A stretch of 64,000 nt of DNA from Anaeramoeba ignava BMAN (taxonomy: Eukaryota; Protista; Anaeramoebae), in NCBI GenBank assembly GCA_028826165.1, contig JAPDFW010000129.1:62001-126000 (forward strand), read 5' to 3'. The position numbers and the translations under genes were made by a program. Of the stretch, positions 11,303-23,699 are shown one piece after another (the first letter of the stretch is position 1; every line of letters begins with the position of its first letter). The notes under the pieces were generated by a model, which worked only from the letters and a program-made list of their open reading frames with translations, had not been told where the DNA came from and searched no databases.

Positions 11303-14300
11303 TCATTTTAAAAATAAATCAATTATTGAATTTTGATTTAATTGATAATAATCTTTGGCATCTTCAAATTCTTCTTTCATTTTTTCATTGATTTCTTTTG
11401 TTTTATCAAATTCATCATGATAAAGAAAATAGATTAATTGATTTAATGTTTCAAACGATTTTCCTGAATAATCATGAACTTGATTTGATGAATCTTGAAC
11501 ATTTAATTCAAACATTCCTTTGAATAACTCACTTCTTATTATTAATATCAATTTATGAATTAGGATTTCTTTTTCTTTCTCATTTTCTTCACAAATTAAT
11601 TTAAAATCTTTTGTTTCAATCTGTTGATATAATTTCTGAAAATCTTGTAGTATTCCATCTAATCCCTCTTTCTTTTTGATCCAGTTTGAATCAATTTCCA
11701 TTTCTTGAAAAAATTCATAAAGCAAATTTTGGTTTTCTTGATTTGAGAAATCATCTGAAAAAAAATCTTCATTAATATCAAATTTGAAATTTTGATTTGG
11801 ATCAAGTTTTTTGTTTTGAATCATTGCCTGAATTTTTTGAATAAATTTATCAAAATCAACAAATCCTGTATAAAGGAAATTGAGTGCAATTTGGACAATA
11901 TCTTTGGGTGTTTTTCGGCAAATGTTGAGAAATATTGAAAGAAGTGATTGATTGAAATCAAATCTTATGAGTAGAATTTCTTTATGAACTGGGATTTGAG
12001 ATCCATCACTGCATTTTATTTGAAGATCGGAAAATTGGGTTGATTTTAAGAATTTGTTTAAATCATCGTTGAATGAATGCACTCTTACAAATAACTCAAC
12101 CATTTCTTTTGTCATTTCTGTCTCATTCAAATCAAAAATACTGGTGTGTTTAGTGAAGAAAATTTTGATATCATTTGAATAATTGTTTTTTAAAGCAAAA
12201 TGTAAAGGTGTTTCATTCCAATAAGTTTTGATATTCAAATCAGATCCTTTTTCAATAAGTGTATAAATCATTTCATTGGAATATTGCTTTTTCAAAGCAA
12301 AATGCAAAGCTATTTCGTTGCTTTTGGTTCTTAAATTGATATCTGCTCCTTTGGAAAGTAATAAATGAATCACTTCGTTTGATGATCTTTTTTCGAAAGC
12401 AATATGTAATGGTGTTTGATTCCAATGGTTTTTTGAATTGATATCAGATCCTTTTGAAATTAGTAATTGAATAACTTCAAAGGATGATTTTTTTCTCAAA
12501 GCAATATGCAAATGTGATTCATTTTCATTGTTTCTTGAATTGATATCAGATCCTTTTTCAATTAGTAATTGAATAATTTCAATTACGTATTTATTTTCCA
12601 AAGCAATGTGTAAAGGAATTTGATTTGTTGAATTTTTTGAATTGAGATTAGATCCTTTTTCAATCATTAATTGGATAATTTCATCTGAAAAATTATGTTT
12701 CAAAGCAATATGCAAAGGAATCTCATTGAAAAACTGTCGCGAATTCATATCTGATCCTTTTGAAATTAAGTATTTGACAACTTCATTTGATAATTCATTG
12801 TGCAAAGCAATATGTAAAGGTATTTCCTCGTTATAGTTTTGTATATTGATTCCAGCTCCTTTTGAAACTAACAAATCAATGATTTCCATTGATAAATTAT
12901 TTTCAATCGCAAAATGCAAAGATGTTTTGTCTTCAATATTTTTTGAATTGAGATCTGATCCTTTTGCAATCATTAATTCTATAATTTCTTTTGGGTGTTG
13001 AAACCTCAAAGCAAAATGCAAAGGTGTTTCTTTATCATCATTTACTGAATGAAGATCTGCTCCTTTTTCAATTAGTAGTTCAATAACTTCATCTGCTAAG
13101 TTGTTTTCCAAAGCAAAATGTAAAGGAGTTTTATTTTGATTGTTTTTGAATTGAGATTCGATCCTTCGTCAATTAGTAATTCAACAATTTCTTTGCTTAA
13201 TTTGTTCCTCAAAGCAGACATTAAAGCGGTTTTCATTTTGATTGTTTTTGGATTTCAGATCAGATCCTTTTTCAATCAGTAACTCAATAATATCAGCTGA
13301 TACACCATTTTGTAAAGCAAAATGCAAGGGTATTTGCCTCGAAAAGGCTTTTGAATTGAGCTCGGTTCCTTTTGAGATTAATCCAATAATTTCCTTTGGA
13401 TACTTGTTTTTTAATCCCAAGATTAAAGGTGTCTCTATGTAAAAATTTTTGGAATTAACATCAGATCCTTTTTCGACTAATAATTTAATAATTTCATTTG
13501 AGTTTTTTTTCCTCAACGCAATATTTAAAGGTATCTCATTTCGTTTCAACGAATTTCTGTAATGAATATCAGCTCCTTTTTCAATCAACAATTTGATAAC
13601 TTCAAATGAAGATTGTTTTTTCAAAGCAACATTCAAAGGTGTTTCATTCATTTTGTTTTTGGAATGAATACCAGATCCTTTTTCAACCAATAATTGAATA
13701 ACTTCATATGAACATTTTTGTTCCAAAGCAATATGTAAAGGAGTTTCATTTTGATTATTTTTTGAATTGAGATCTGATCCTTTTGCAATCATTAATTCAA
13801 TAATATCTTTTGATAGATTGTTTTCTAAAGCAAAGTGCAAAGGTGTTTGATTCATTTTGTTTTTGAGATTGAGATCTGATCCTTTTTCAATCAATAATTG
13901 TATAATTTCTTTTGGATATTTGTTTTCCAAAGCAAGATGCAAAGGTACTTCATTCCAATGAGTTGTGGTATTAACTTCAGTTATTTTCTGAATAAGTAAT
14001 TCAACAATTTCATCTGAAAATTTTTGTTTCAAAGCAATATGTAAAGGTGTTTCATTTTGGTTATTTTTGATATTGATATCAGATCCTTTTGAAATGAGTA
14101 ATTTCACAATTCCATTTGAATATTGATTTTTCAATGCAATATGTAAAGGTGTTTCGTTCCATGTGTTTTTTGCATTAGCCTCAGATCCTTTTTCAATCAA
14201 CATTTCAATAATTTTTTGTGGATGCTTGTGTTTAAAAGCAATATGTAAAGGTGTTTCATTCCATTTATTTTTTGAATTGACCTCGGATTCTTTGCGAATT

Positions 14301-15376
14301 AATATCTCAACAATTTCTTGTTTAAAAACATTTTCCAAAGCAATATGTAAAGGTGTTTCATTTTCATTGTTTTTTGAATCGATATCTGATCCTTTTGCAA
14401 TTAATAACTCAACAATTTCATCTGAATAATTTTGTTTCAAAGCAATATGTAAAGGAATTTCATTTTCATTGTTTTTTGAATTGATATCCGATCCTTTTGC
14501 AATTAATAACTCAATAATTTCTTTTGTGTTTTGATTTCTCAAAGCAATATGTAAAGGAATTTCATTTTCATTGTTTTTTGAATTGACATCCGATCCTTTT
14601 GCAATTAATAATTCAATAATTTCTTTTTTCACAATGTTTTTTAAAGCAATATGTAACGAAATTTCATTTTCATTATTTTTTGAATTGAGATCAACTCCTT
14701 TTACAATTAATAAATCAACAATTTCTTTTGAATATTGATTTCTCAAAGCAATGTATAAAGGTGTTTCATTTTCATTATTTTTTGAATTGATATCCGATCC
14801 TTTTACAATTAATAACTTAACAATTTCTTCTGAATATTGATTTTTCAAAGCAATATGTAAAGGAATTTCATTTTGATTGTTTTTTGAATTGAGATCAACT
14901 CCTTTTGAAATTAATAATTCAATAATTTCTTCTTTCACAATGTTTTCCAAAGCAATATGTAAAGGAATTTCATTTTGATTATTTTTTGAATTGATATCTG
15001 ATCCTTTTGCAATTAATAATTCAATAATTTCTTTTGAATATTGATTTTTCAAAGCAATATGTAAAGGAATTTCATTTTCATTATTTTTTGAATTGATATC
15101 AACTCCTTTTGAAATTAATAACTCAACAATTTCTTGGTTTGCATTGCTTAAAAAGCATAAATGTAAAGCATTGTATCCAACTTCATCATTCCAATTAATT
15201 TTAGTTTCTTTTTCAATAAGTTTTTGGATCATCTCAAAAGATGAATTTTGTTCAACTGCGAAATTTAAAAATGACTGGTTCTCTTTCTCCAATGTTTCTA
15301 TTGGTTTTAAGGAAGAAATTGAATTAAAAAATTCCAAGTCATTGTCTAAAATTGCTCCATAAACTTGATTCATCAT
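11303..15376 (-). CDS. Long ankyrin-repeat (roughly 30 repeats) protein with C-terminal tandem BTB domains; frameshift(s) near 13170-13230
   Basis: Repeated TPLHIAL...EIIELLIxKGSDINSKN units in ORFs 13181-15376 and 11303-13111, then FSDLQIKC...VHKEILLIR and KDFKLIC...IHKLILIIRSELFKGMF BTB domains. Confidence 0.9.
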
Positions 15377-15470
15377 TTTCTTTTTTTAAAATAAAAAAGA
15401 AAAAAAATGAAAAATGAAAAATAATTTTGGAATTTGATCAAATTTTTATTTTTAAATTTTAATTTTAACT

Positions 15471-17261
15471 TTAATAAATTAAACATTTCCTTTTTTGAAT
15501 TTGAATTTGATTTTGATTATTAAATTTTTAATTAATAAATCAAATAAATTTGGATTTGTTTGATTTAATTGAAAATAATCAATTCCAATTTTAATTTCAT
15601 TAATAATTTCTTGAGTAATTTCAATTTCATCTTTAATTTTGATTTGAATAAATCCAATATTCAAATATTTGAAATGATTCTTCACTTAATTCACTATAAT
15701 CTGTAACTTTATTAGAAGTTTATCTTCTGTTACAGATAAAAACATTCCTCGATATAATTCACTTCTCATTATTAATATTAATTTTGGAAATTTATATTGT
15801 TTTTCTTTTCTTTCAATTATAAAATCTTTTTCATTTTCATTTAAATAAATTCTTTTCATTGTTTCTTCTATTTTTTCATTTGAATTTATAATTTCTTTAA
15901 TTTCAGAATATAATTTTGGATTTGTTATTCTGTTTGAATAAATCATTTCAAATATTTGATTTGATTCTTTAATTGATTTTTTTGAAATAATTTCTTGAAG
16001 TTTTTCAATTTCATTTTGATTTAATCTATATTTCAATATTAATTTATGAGCTTCAATTATTTCTCCATTTTCTGGTTTTAAATGAAATATCACAAAATTC
16101 TTTTCTTTGAAATAGTTTTATCAAATCTTCTTCAAGATTGGAAAAAGGAGAAAGAAAAGGAGAATAATAAAGAAATGATTTGTAATATCCACAAGAAAGA
16201 TGATAATTGGAAATATCTTCATTAAATCTTAATTCAGGAAGTTCAACTTGAATTGGAATTGGTTGAAAATAAATTGGATCTCCAGTTCCTAATTCACCAT
16301 AATGATTTCTTCCAAATGAAATAAGCTTTCCTTTGGAAGTTAAAATCAAAGTATGAGAATCTCCAACAGAAATCTCAAGAATATAATCATTATCAAATAA
16401 AGATGATTTGATTTCAGTAAATTCATAAGTATTTTGATTTTTGCCAAGTCCATTATTTAGAGTATCTCCACATGAATAAAGTTTTCTTTTTGCTTTAAAT
16501 TCAATCAATATTATTGAATGATAATATCCAGATTGAATATCAATTATTTTACCTTTTGGAATATTTTGGATTTTAGTTAATTTTTTGATTTTTGTTTCTT
16601 CTTTTCTTGATTCTCCTAATCCAATTTGACCATAATTATTCCATCCGCATACAAATAATTCTTGATTTGAATTTAAAAGAAAAACATAATTTGAATAATT
16701 TCCTGAAAATATTTTAGAAACATTTTTCATCATTAAAATTGGTTTTTCTGTTTTTTCAAGTGTTTCATTATCAAAACCAAGTTGACCAAATTCATTTGAA
16801 CCAATTCCATAAACATTTTGATTTGAAGTTAATAAATAAATTGAACTTTGACCAGAAACAATATCTTTAATTATTCTATCATTTGTATCTTCAATTAATG
16901 ATGAAATATTGATAAATTCATTTGGATTATTTGGATTAATATCTCTTCCTTTGGCAAATACATTTCCTTCTTTTGTTAAAATAGCTTCATTACCACCTCC
17001 AACAGTTACTTTTTGAATATTTTCTTCAATTTGGATTTTTTGAGGATTTTGATTTGGATTTTTTTCATTTAAATATTCTATTGCTTTTCCATTTTCAAAA
17101 AGGAAAATTGTTGAACAATAACCTGATGAAATTTGTTTAATTTGTTTTTCATTTTCATTTTCATTTTCAAATTTAAATTGAATTGGTTTTGTTATTATTT
17201 CTTCTTCATTTTTAATAAGTTTTGGATATTCATTTTGACCAAAAAATAAACAATCATTCAT
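15471..17261 (-). CDS. RCC1-propeller + tandem BTB protein, copy A (frameshifts in 3' half; predicted tail QKRKCLIY)
   Basis: GxNxxGQLG / GxxHS RCC1 blades in ORF 16053-17261; BTB pieces in 15686-16093; tail read manually at 15471-15500. Confidence 0.85.
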
Positions 17262-17299
17262 TTTTGAAAATGAAAAAAAATGAAAAAAATGAATTTTGG

Positions 17300-17393
17300 A
17301 ATTTTGATTATTAAATTTGTTAATTAATAAATCAAATAAATTTGGATTTGTTTGATTTAATTGAAAATAATCAATTCCAATTTTAATTTTATC
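17300..17393 (-). pseudogene. Duplicated RCC1-BTB 3'-terminal fragment (KIKIGIDYFQLNQTNPNLFDLLINKFNNQN) downstream of the copy B stop
   Basis: Near-exact repeat of about 17535-17620. Confidence 0.85.
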
Positions 17394-17404
17394 AAAAAAT
17401 TAAT

Positions 17405-19391
17405 TTAACAAATTAAACATTTCCTTTTTTGATTTTGAATTTGATTTTGATTTTGTTTTTGATTTTGATTTTGATTTTGATTTTGATTTTGATTTTGATT
17501 TTGATTTTGATTTTGAATTTGATTTTGAATTTGATTTTGGTTATTAAATTTGTTAATTAATAAATCAAATAAATTTGGATTTGTTTGATTTAATTGAAAA
17601 TAATCAATTCCAATTTGAATTTCATTAATTATTTTTTGTGTAATTTGAATTCCATCTTTGATTTGATTTGAATAAATCCAATATTCAAATATTTGAAATG
17701 ATTTATTACTTAATTCACTATAATCTGTAACTTTATTAGAAGTATCATTTGTTACAGATAAAAACATTCCTCGATATAATTCACTTCTCATTATTAATAT
17801 TAATTTAGGAAATTTATATTGTTTTTCTTTTCTTTCAATAATAAAATCTTTTTCATTTTCATTTTCATTTAAATAAATTCTTTTAATTGTTTCTTCAATT
17901 TTTTCATTTAAATTTATAATTTCTTTAATTTCAGAATATAATTTTGGATTTATTTTAGAATTGTTTGAATAAATCATTTCAAATATTTGATTTGATTCTT
18001 TAATTGATTTATTTGAAATAATTTCTTGAAGTTTTTCAATTTCATTTTGATTTTGATTTAATCTATATTTCAATATTAATTTATGAGCTTCAATTATTTC
18101 TCCATTTTCTGTTTTAAATGAAATATCACAAAATTCTTTTCTTTCAAATAATTTTATCAAATCTTCTTCAATATTGGAAAAAGAAGAAAGAGAATAATAA
18201 AAAAATGAATTATCATATCCACAAGAAAGATGATAATTGGAAATATTTTCATTAAATCTTAATTTAGGAAGTTCAATTTGAATTGGAATTAATTCGAAAT
18301 TTGTATCTCCATTTCCTAAATGACCAAAATAATTATTTCCAAATCCTATTAATTTTGGTTGTTAAAATCAAAGTGTGATCGAGTCCACAAGAAAAATCAA
18401 GAATATTATCATCATTTTCAAATAAAGATGATTTAATTTCAGTAAATTCATAAGTATTTTCATTTTCATTTTTGCCAAGTCCATTATATCGATAATCTCC
18501 ACATGAATAAAGTTTTCTTTTTGGATTTTCATTTTCATTTTCATTTTCATTTTCATTTTCATTTTCATTTTCATTTTCATTTTCATTTTCATTTTCATTT
18601 TCATTTTCATTTTCATTTTCAATCAACATTATTGAATGATAATTTCCGCATTTAATATCAATTATTTTGCCTTTTGGAATATTTTGGATTTTGGTTAATT
18701 TTTGGATTTTTGTTTCTTCTTTTCTTGATTCTCCTAATCCAAGTTGACCATGTTCATTATTTCCGCATCCAAATAATTCTTGATTTGAATTTAAAAGAAA
18801 AACAGAATTTGAAATATTTCCTGAAAATATTTTAAAAACATTTTTCATCATTAAAATTGGTTTTTGTGTTTTTGGAAGTGTTTCAGAATCAAAACCAAGT
18901 TGACCAAATTCATTTGAACCAATTCCATAAGCATTTTGATTTGAAGTTAATAAGTAAATTGAATTTCTTCCAGAAACAATATCTTGAATTATTCTATCAT
19001 TTGTATCTTCAATTAATGATGAAATATTGATAAATTCATTTGGATTTTTTGAATTAATATTCATTCCTTTGGCAAATACATTTCCTTCTTTTGTTAAAAT
19101 AGCTTCATTAAGAGCACCAACAGTTACTTTTTGAATATTTTCTTCAATTTGGATTTTTTCAGGATTTTGTTTTGAATTTTTTAAGTATTCTATTGCTTTT
19201 CCATTTTTAAAAAGGAAAATTGTTGATAAATTTCCTGTTGAAATTTGTTTAATTTGTTTTTCATTTTCATTTTCATTTTCATTTTCATTTTCATTTTCAA
19301 ATTTAAATTGAATTGGTTTTGTTATTTTATTTGGTTTATTTTTGATAATTTTTGGTGAATAATTTAAACCAAAAAATAAACAATCATTCAT
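17405..19391 (-). CDS. RCC1-BTB-BTB copy B (frameshift near 18350; long EN tract; C-terminal QKRKCLIC CaaX-like tail)
   Basis: ORFs 18333-19391 and 17405-18160 are colinear with intact copy C. Confidence 0.87.
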
Positions 19392-19429
19392 TTTTGAAAA
19401 AGAAAAAAATGAAAAAATGAAAATAAAAT

Positions 19430-19749
19430 TTTAATTTTAATTCTAATTTTAATTTTAATTTTGATTTTGATTTTGATTTTGATTTTGATTTTGATTTTAA
19501 ATTTAATTTTAATTTTAATTTTGATTTTAATTTTAATTTTAATTTTAATTTTAATTTTGATTTTAATTTTAATTTTAATTTTAATTTTAATTTTGATTTT
19601 AATTTTAATTTTAATTTTAATTTTGATTTTAATTTTGATTTTGATTTTGATTTTGATTTTAATTGTAATTTTAATTTTAATTTTAATTTTGATTTTAATT
19701 TTAATTTTGATTTTTAATTTTAATTTTGATTTTGATATTAAATTTGATT
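19430..19749. repeat. (ATTTTA/ATTTTG)n hexamer spacer between RCC1-BTB copies
   Basis: Direct; similar spacers at about 21585-21700 and 23515-23700. Confidence 0.9.
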
Positions 19750-21546
19750 TTAATTTTGATTTTGATTTTGATTATTAAATTTATTAATTAATAAATCAAA
19801 TAAATTTGGATTTGTTTGATTTAATTGGAAATAATCAATTCCAATTTGAATTTCATTAATTATTTGTTTTGTAATTTGAATTTCTTCTTTAATTTTATTT
19901 GAATAAATCCAATATTCAAATATTTGAAATGATTTATTACTTAATTCACTATAATCTGTAACTTTATTTGAAGTATCATTTGTTACAGATAAAAACATTC
20001 CTCGATATAATTCACTTCTCATTATTAATATTAATTTAGGAAATTTATATTGTTTTTCTTTTCTTTCAATTATAAAATCTTTTTCATTTTCATTTTCATT
20101 TAAATAAATTCTTTTCATTGTTTCTTCAATTTTTTCATTTGAATTTATAATTTCTTTAATTTCAGAATATAATTTTGGATTTATTATTCTGTTTGAATAA
20201 ATCATTTCAAATATTTGATTTGATTCTTTAATTGATTTTTTTGAAATAATTTCTTGAAGTTTTTCAATTTCATTTTGATTTTGATTTAATCTATATTTCA
20301 ATATTAATTTATGAGCTTTGATTATTTCTCCATTTTCTGTTTTAAATGAAATATTACAAAATTCTTTTCTTTCAAATAATTTTATCAAATCTTCTTCAAG
20401 ATTGGAAAAAGAAAAAGAATAATAAATAAATGATCTATAATATCCACAAGAAACATGATAATTGGAAATATCTTCATCAAATCTTAATTTAGGAATTTCA
20501 ACTTGAATTGGAATTAATTGATATTGATTTGCATTTGGAATTCCTAATTGGGCTAAATAATTATTTCCAAATCCTATAACTTTTCCTTTTATTGTTAAAA
20601 TCAAAGTATGTTGATTTCCAACAGAAAAATCAAGAATATTATCATCATTTTCAAATAAAGATGATTTAATTTCAGTAAATTCATAAGTATTTTCATATTT
20701 GCCAAGTCCATTATAATGATAATCTCCACATGAATAAAGTTTTCTTTTATTTTTTTCATTTTCATTTTCAATCAACATTATTGAATGAAATTCTCCAAAT
20801 TGAATATCAATTATTTTGCCTTTTGGAATATTTTGGATTTTAGTTATTTTTTGGATTTCTGTTTCTTCTTTTCTTGATTCTCCTAATCCAAGTTGACCAT
20901 ATCCATTATATCCGCATACAAATAATTCTTGATTTGAATTTAAAAGAAAAACAGAGTTTGAAATATTTCCTGTAAATATTTTAGAAACATTTTTCATCAT
21001 TAAAATTGGTTTTTTTGTTTTTTCAAGTGTTTTAGAATCAAAACCAAGTTGACTAAATTGATTTGAACCAATTGAATAAGCATCTTGATTTGAAGTTAAT
21101 AAGTAAATTGAACTTTGACCAAAAAAAATATCTTGAATTATTATATCATTTGTATCTTCAATTAATGATGAAATATTGATAAATTCATTTGGATTATTTG
21201 GATTAATATCTTCTCCTTTGGCAAATACATTTCCTTCTTTTGTTAAAATAGCTTCATTTCGAGAACTAACAGTTACTTTTTGAATATTTTCTTCAATTTG
21301 TATTTTTTGAGGATTTTGATTTGAATCATCTTTATTTAAATATTCTATTGCTTTTCCATTTTTAAAAAGGAAAATTGTTGATAAATTTCCTGTTGAAATT
21401 TGTTTAATTTGTTTTTCATTTTCATTTTCATTTTTATTTTCATTTTCATTTTCAAATTTAAATTGAATTGATTTTGTTATTATATTTGGTTTATTTTTGA
21501 TAATTTTTGGTGAATAATTTAAACCAAAAAATAAACAGTCATTCAT
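19750..21546 (-). CDS. RCC1-BTB-BTB copy C (intact, 598 aa)
   Basis: RCC1 blades, then FCNISFKTENGEIIKAHKLILKYR and KDFIIERK...PKLILIMRSELYRGMF BTB domains; ends NNQNQN*. Confidence 0.92.
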   Translation of the reverse strand: MNDCLFFGLNYSPKIIKNKPNIITKSIQFKFENENENKNENENEKQIKQISTGNLSTIFLFKNGKAIEYLNKDDSNQNPQKIQIEENIQKVTVSSRNEAILTKEGNVFAKGEDINPNNPNEFINISSLIEDTNDIIIQDIFFGQSSIYLLTSNQDAYSIGSNQFSQLGFDSKTLEKTKKPILMMKNVSKIFTGNISNSVFLLNSNQELFVCGYNGYGQLGLGESRKEETEIQKITKIQNIPKGKIIDIQFGEFHSIMLIENENEKNKRKLYSCGDYHYNGLGKYENTYEFTEIKSSLFENDDNILDFSVGNQHTLILTIKGKVIGFGNNYLAQLGIPNANQYQLIPIQVEIPKLRFDEDISNYHVSCGYYRSFIYYSFSFSNLEEDLIKLFERKEFCNISFKTENGEIIKAHKLILKYRLNQNQNEIEKLQEIISKKSIKESNQIFEMIYSNRIINPKLYSEIKEIINSNEKIEETMKRIYLNENENEKDFIIERKEKQYKFPKLILIMRSELYRGMFLSVTNDTSNKVTDYSELSNKSFQIFEYWIYSNKIKEEIQITKQIINEIQIGIDYFQLNQTNPNLFDLLINKFNNQNQNQN

Positions 21547-21698
21547 TTTTAAAAAGAAAAAAATGAAAAAATGAAAATAAAATTTTAATTTGAATTTTAA
21601 TTTTAATTTTGATTTTAATTTTGATTTTGATTTTAATTTTGATTTTGATTTTAATTTTGATTTTGATTTTAATTTTAATTTTAATTTTAATTTTAATT

Positions 21699-23475
21699 TT
21701 AATTTTGATTATTAAATTTGTTAATTAATAAATCAAATAAATTTGGATATGTTTGATTTAATTGAAAATAATCAATTCCAATTTCTATTTCATTAATAAT
21801 TTCTTGTGTAATTTGAATTTCTTCTTTAATTTGATTTGAATAAATCCAATATTCTAATATTTGAAATGATTTATTACTTAATTCACTATAATCTGTAACT
21901 TTATTTGAAGTATCATTTGTTACAGATAAAAACATTCCTCGATATAATTCACTTCTCATTATTAATATTAATTTAGGAAATTTATATTGTTTTTCTTTTC
22001 TTTCAATAATAAAATCTTTTTCATTTTCATTTTCATTTAAATAAATTCTTTTCATTGTTTCTTCAATTTTTTCATTAGAATTTATAATTTCTTTAATTTC
22101 AGAATATAATTTTGGATTTGTTATTCTGTTTGAATAAATCATTTCAAATATTTGATTTGATTCTTTAATTGATTTTTTTGAAATAATTTCTTGAAGTTTT
22201 TCAATTTGATTTTGATTTTGATTTAATCTATATTTCAATATTAATTTATGAGCTTTGATTATTTCTCCATTTTCGGTTTTAAATGAAATATCACAAAATT
22301 CTTTTCTTTCAAATAATTTTATCAAATCTTCTTCAAGATTGGAAAAAGAAGAAAGAAGAGGAGAATAATAAAGAAATGAATTTTGAAATCCACAAGAAAT
22401 ATGATAATTAGAAATATCTTCATTAAATCTTAATTTAGGAAGTTCAATTTGAATTGGAATTGATTGATCTTCTGTATTTCCATTTCCTAATCCACCATAT
22501 GAATTTCTTCCAAATCCTATCAATTTATTTTTTGTTGTTAAAACCAAATTATGATCAAGTCCACAAAAAATTTCAAGAATATTATCATCATTTTCAAATA
22601 AAGGTGATTTGATTTCAGTAAATTCATAAGTATTTTCATTTTTGTTAAATCCATTAGATCTATAATCTCCACATGAATAAAGTTTTCTTTTTTCATTTTC
22701 ATTTTCAATCAACATTATTGAATGATAATCTCCACATTTAATATCAATTATTTTACCTTTTGGAATATTTTGTATTTTGGTTAATTTATGGATTTTTGTT
22801 TCTTCTTTTCTTGATTCTCCTAATCCAAGTTGACCATATCCATTATTTCCGCATCCAAATAATTCTTGATTTGAATTTAAAAGAAAAACATGAGTTGAAA
22901 TATTTCCTGTAAATATTTTAGAAACATTTTTCATCATTAAAATTGGTTTTTCTGTTTTTTTAAGTGTTATAGAATCAAAACCAAGTTGACCATCTTGATT
23001 TAAACCAATTGAATAAGCATTTTGATTTGAAGTTAATAAATAAATTGAAAAGTATCCAGAAACAATATCTTGAATTATTCTATCATTTGTATCTTCAATT
23101 AATGATGAAATATTGATAAATTCATTTGGATTATCTGGATTAATATCTCTTCCTTTTGCAAATACATTTCCTTCTATTGTTAAAATAGCTTGATTTTGAA
23201 AACCAGCAGTTACTTTTTGAATATTTTCTTCAATTTGTATTTTTGAGATTTTGATTTGAAGGATTATTTAAATATTGAATTGCTTTTCCATTTTAAAAAG
23301 GAAAAATTGATAAATTTCCTGTTGAAATTTGTTTAATTTGTTTTTCATTTTCATTTTCATTTTTATTTTCATTTTCATTTTCAAATTTAAATTGAATTGA
23401 TTTTGTTATTATATTTGGTTTATTTTTGATAATTTTTGGTGAATAATTTAAACCAAAAAATAAACAATCATTCAT
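21699..23475 (-). CDS. RCC1-BTB-BTB copy D (frameshifts near 23240-23310)
   Basis: ORF 23293-23475 (N-terminus identical to copy C) plus ORF 21699-22937. Confidence 0.87.
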
Positions 23476-23699
23476 TTTTGAAAAAGAAAAAAATGAAAAA
23501 ATGAAAATAAAAAATTTTAATTTTAATTTTAATTTTAATTTTAATTTTAATTTTAATTTTAATTTTAATTTTAATTTTGATTTTTATAAATGAATTTTTA
23601 ATTTTGATTTTAATTTGATTTTGATTTTAATTTTAATTTTAATTTTAAATTTTTTTGATTTTTAATTTTAATTTTAATTTTAATTTTAATTTTAATTTG

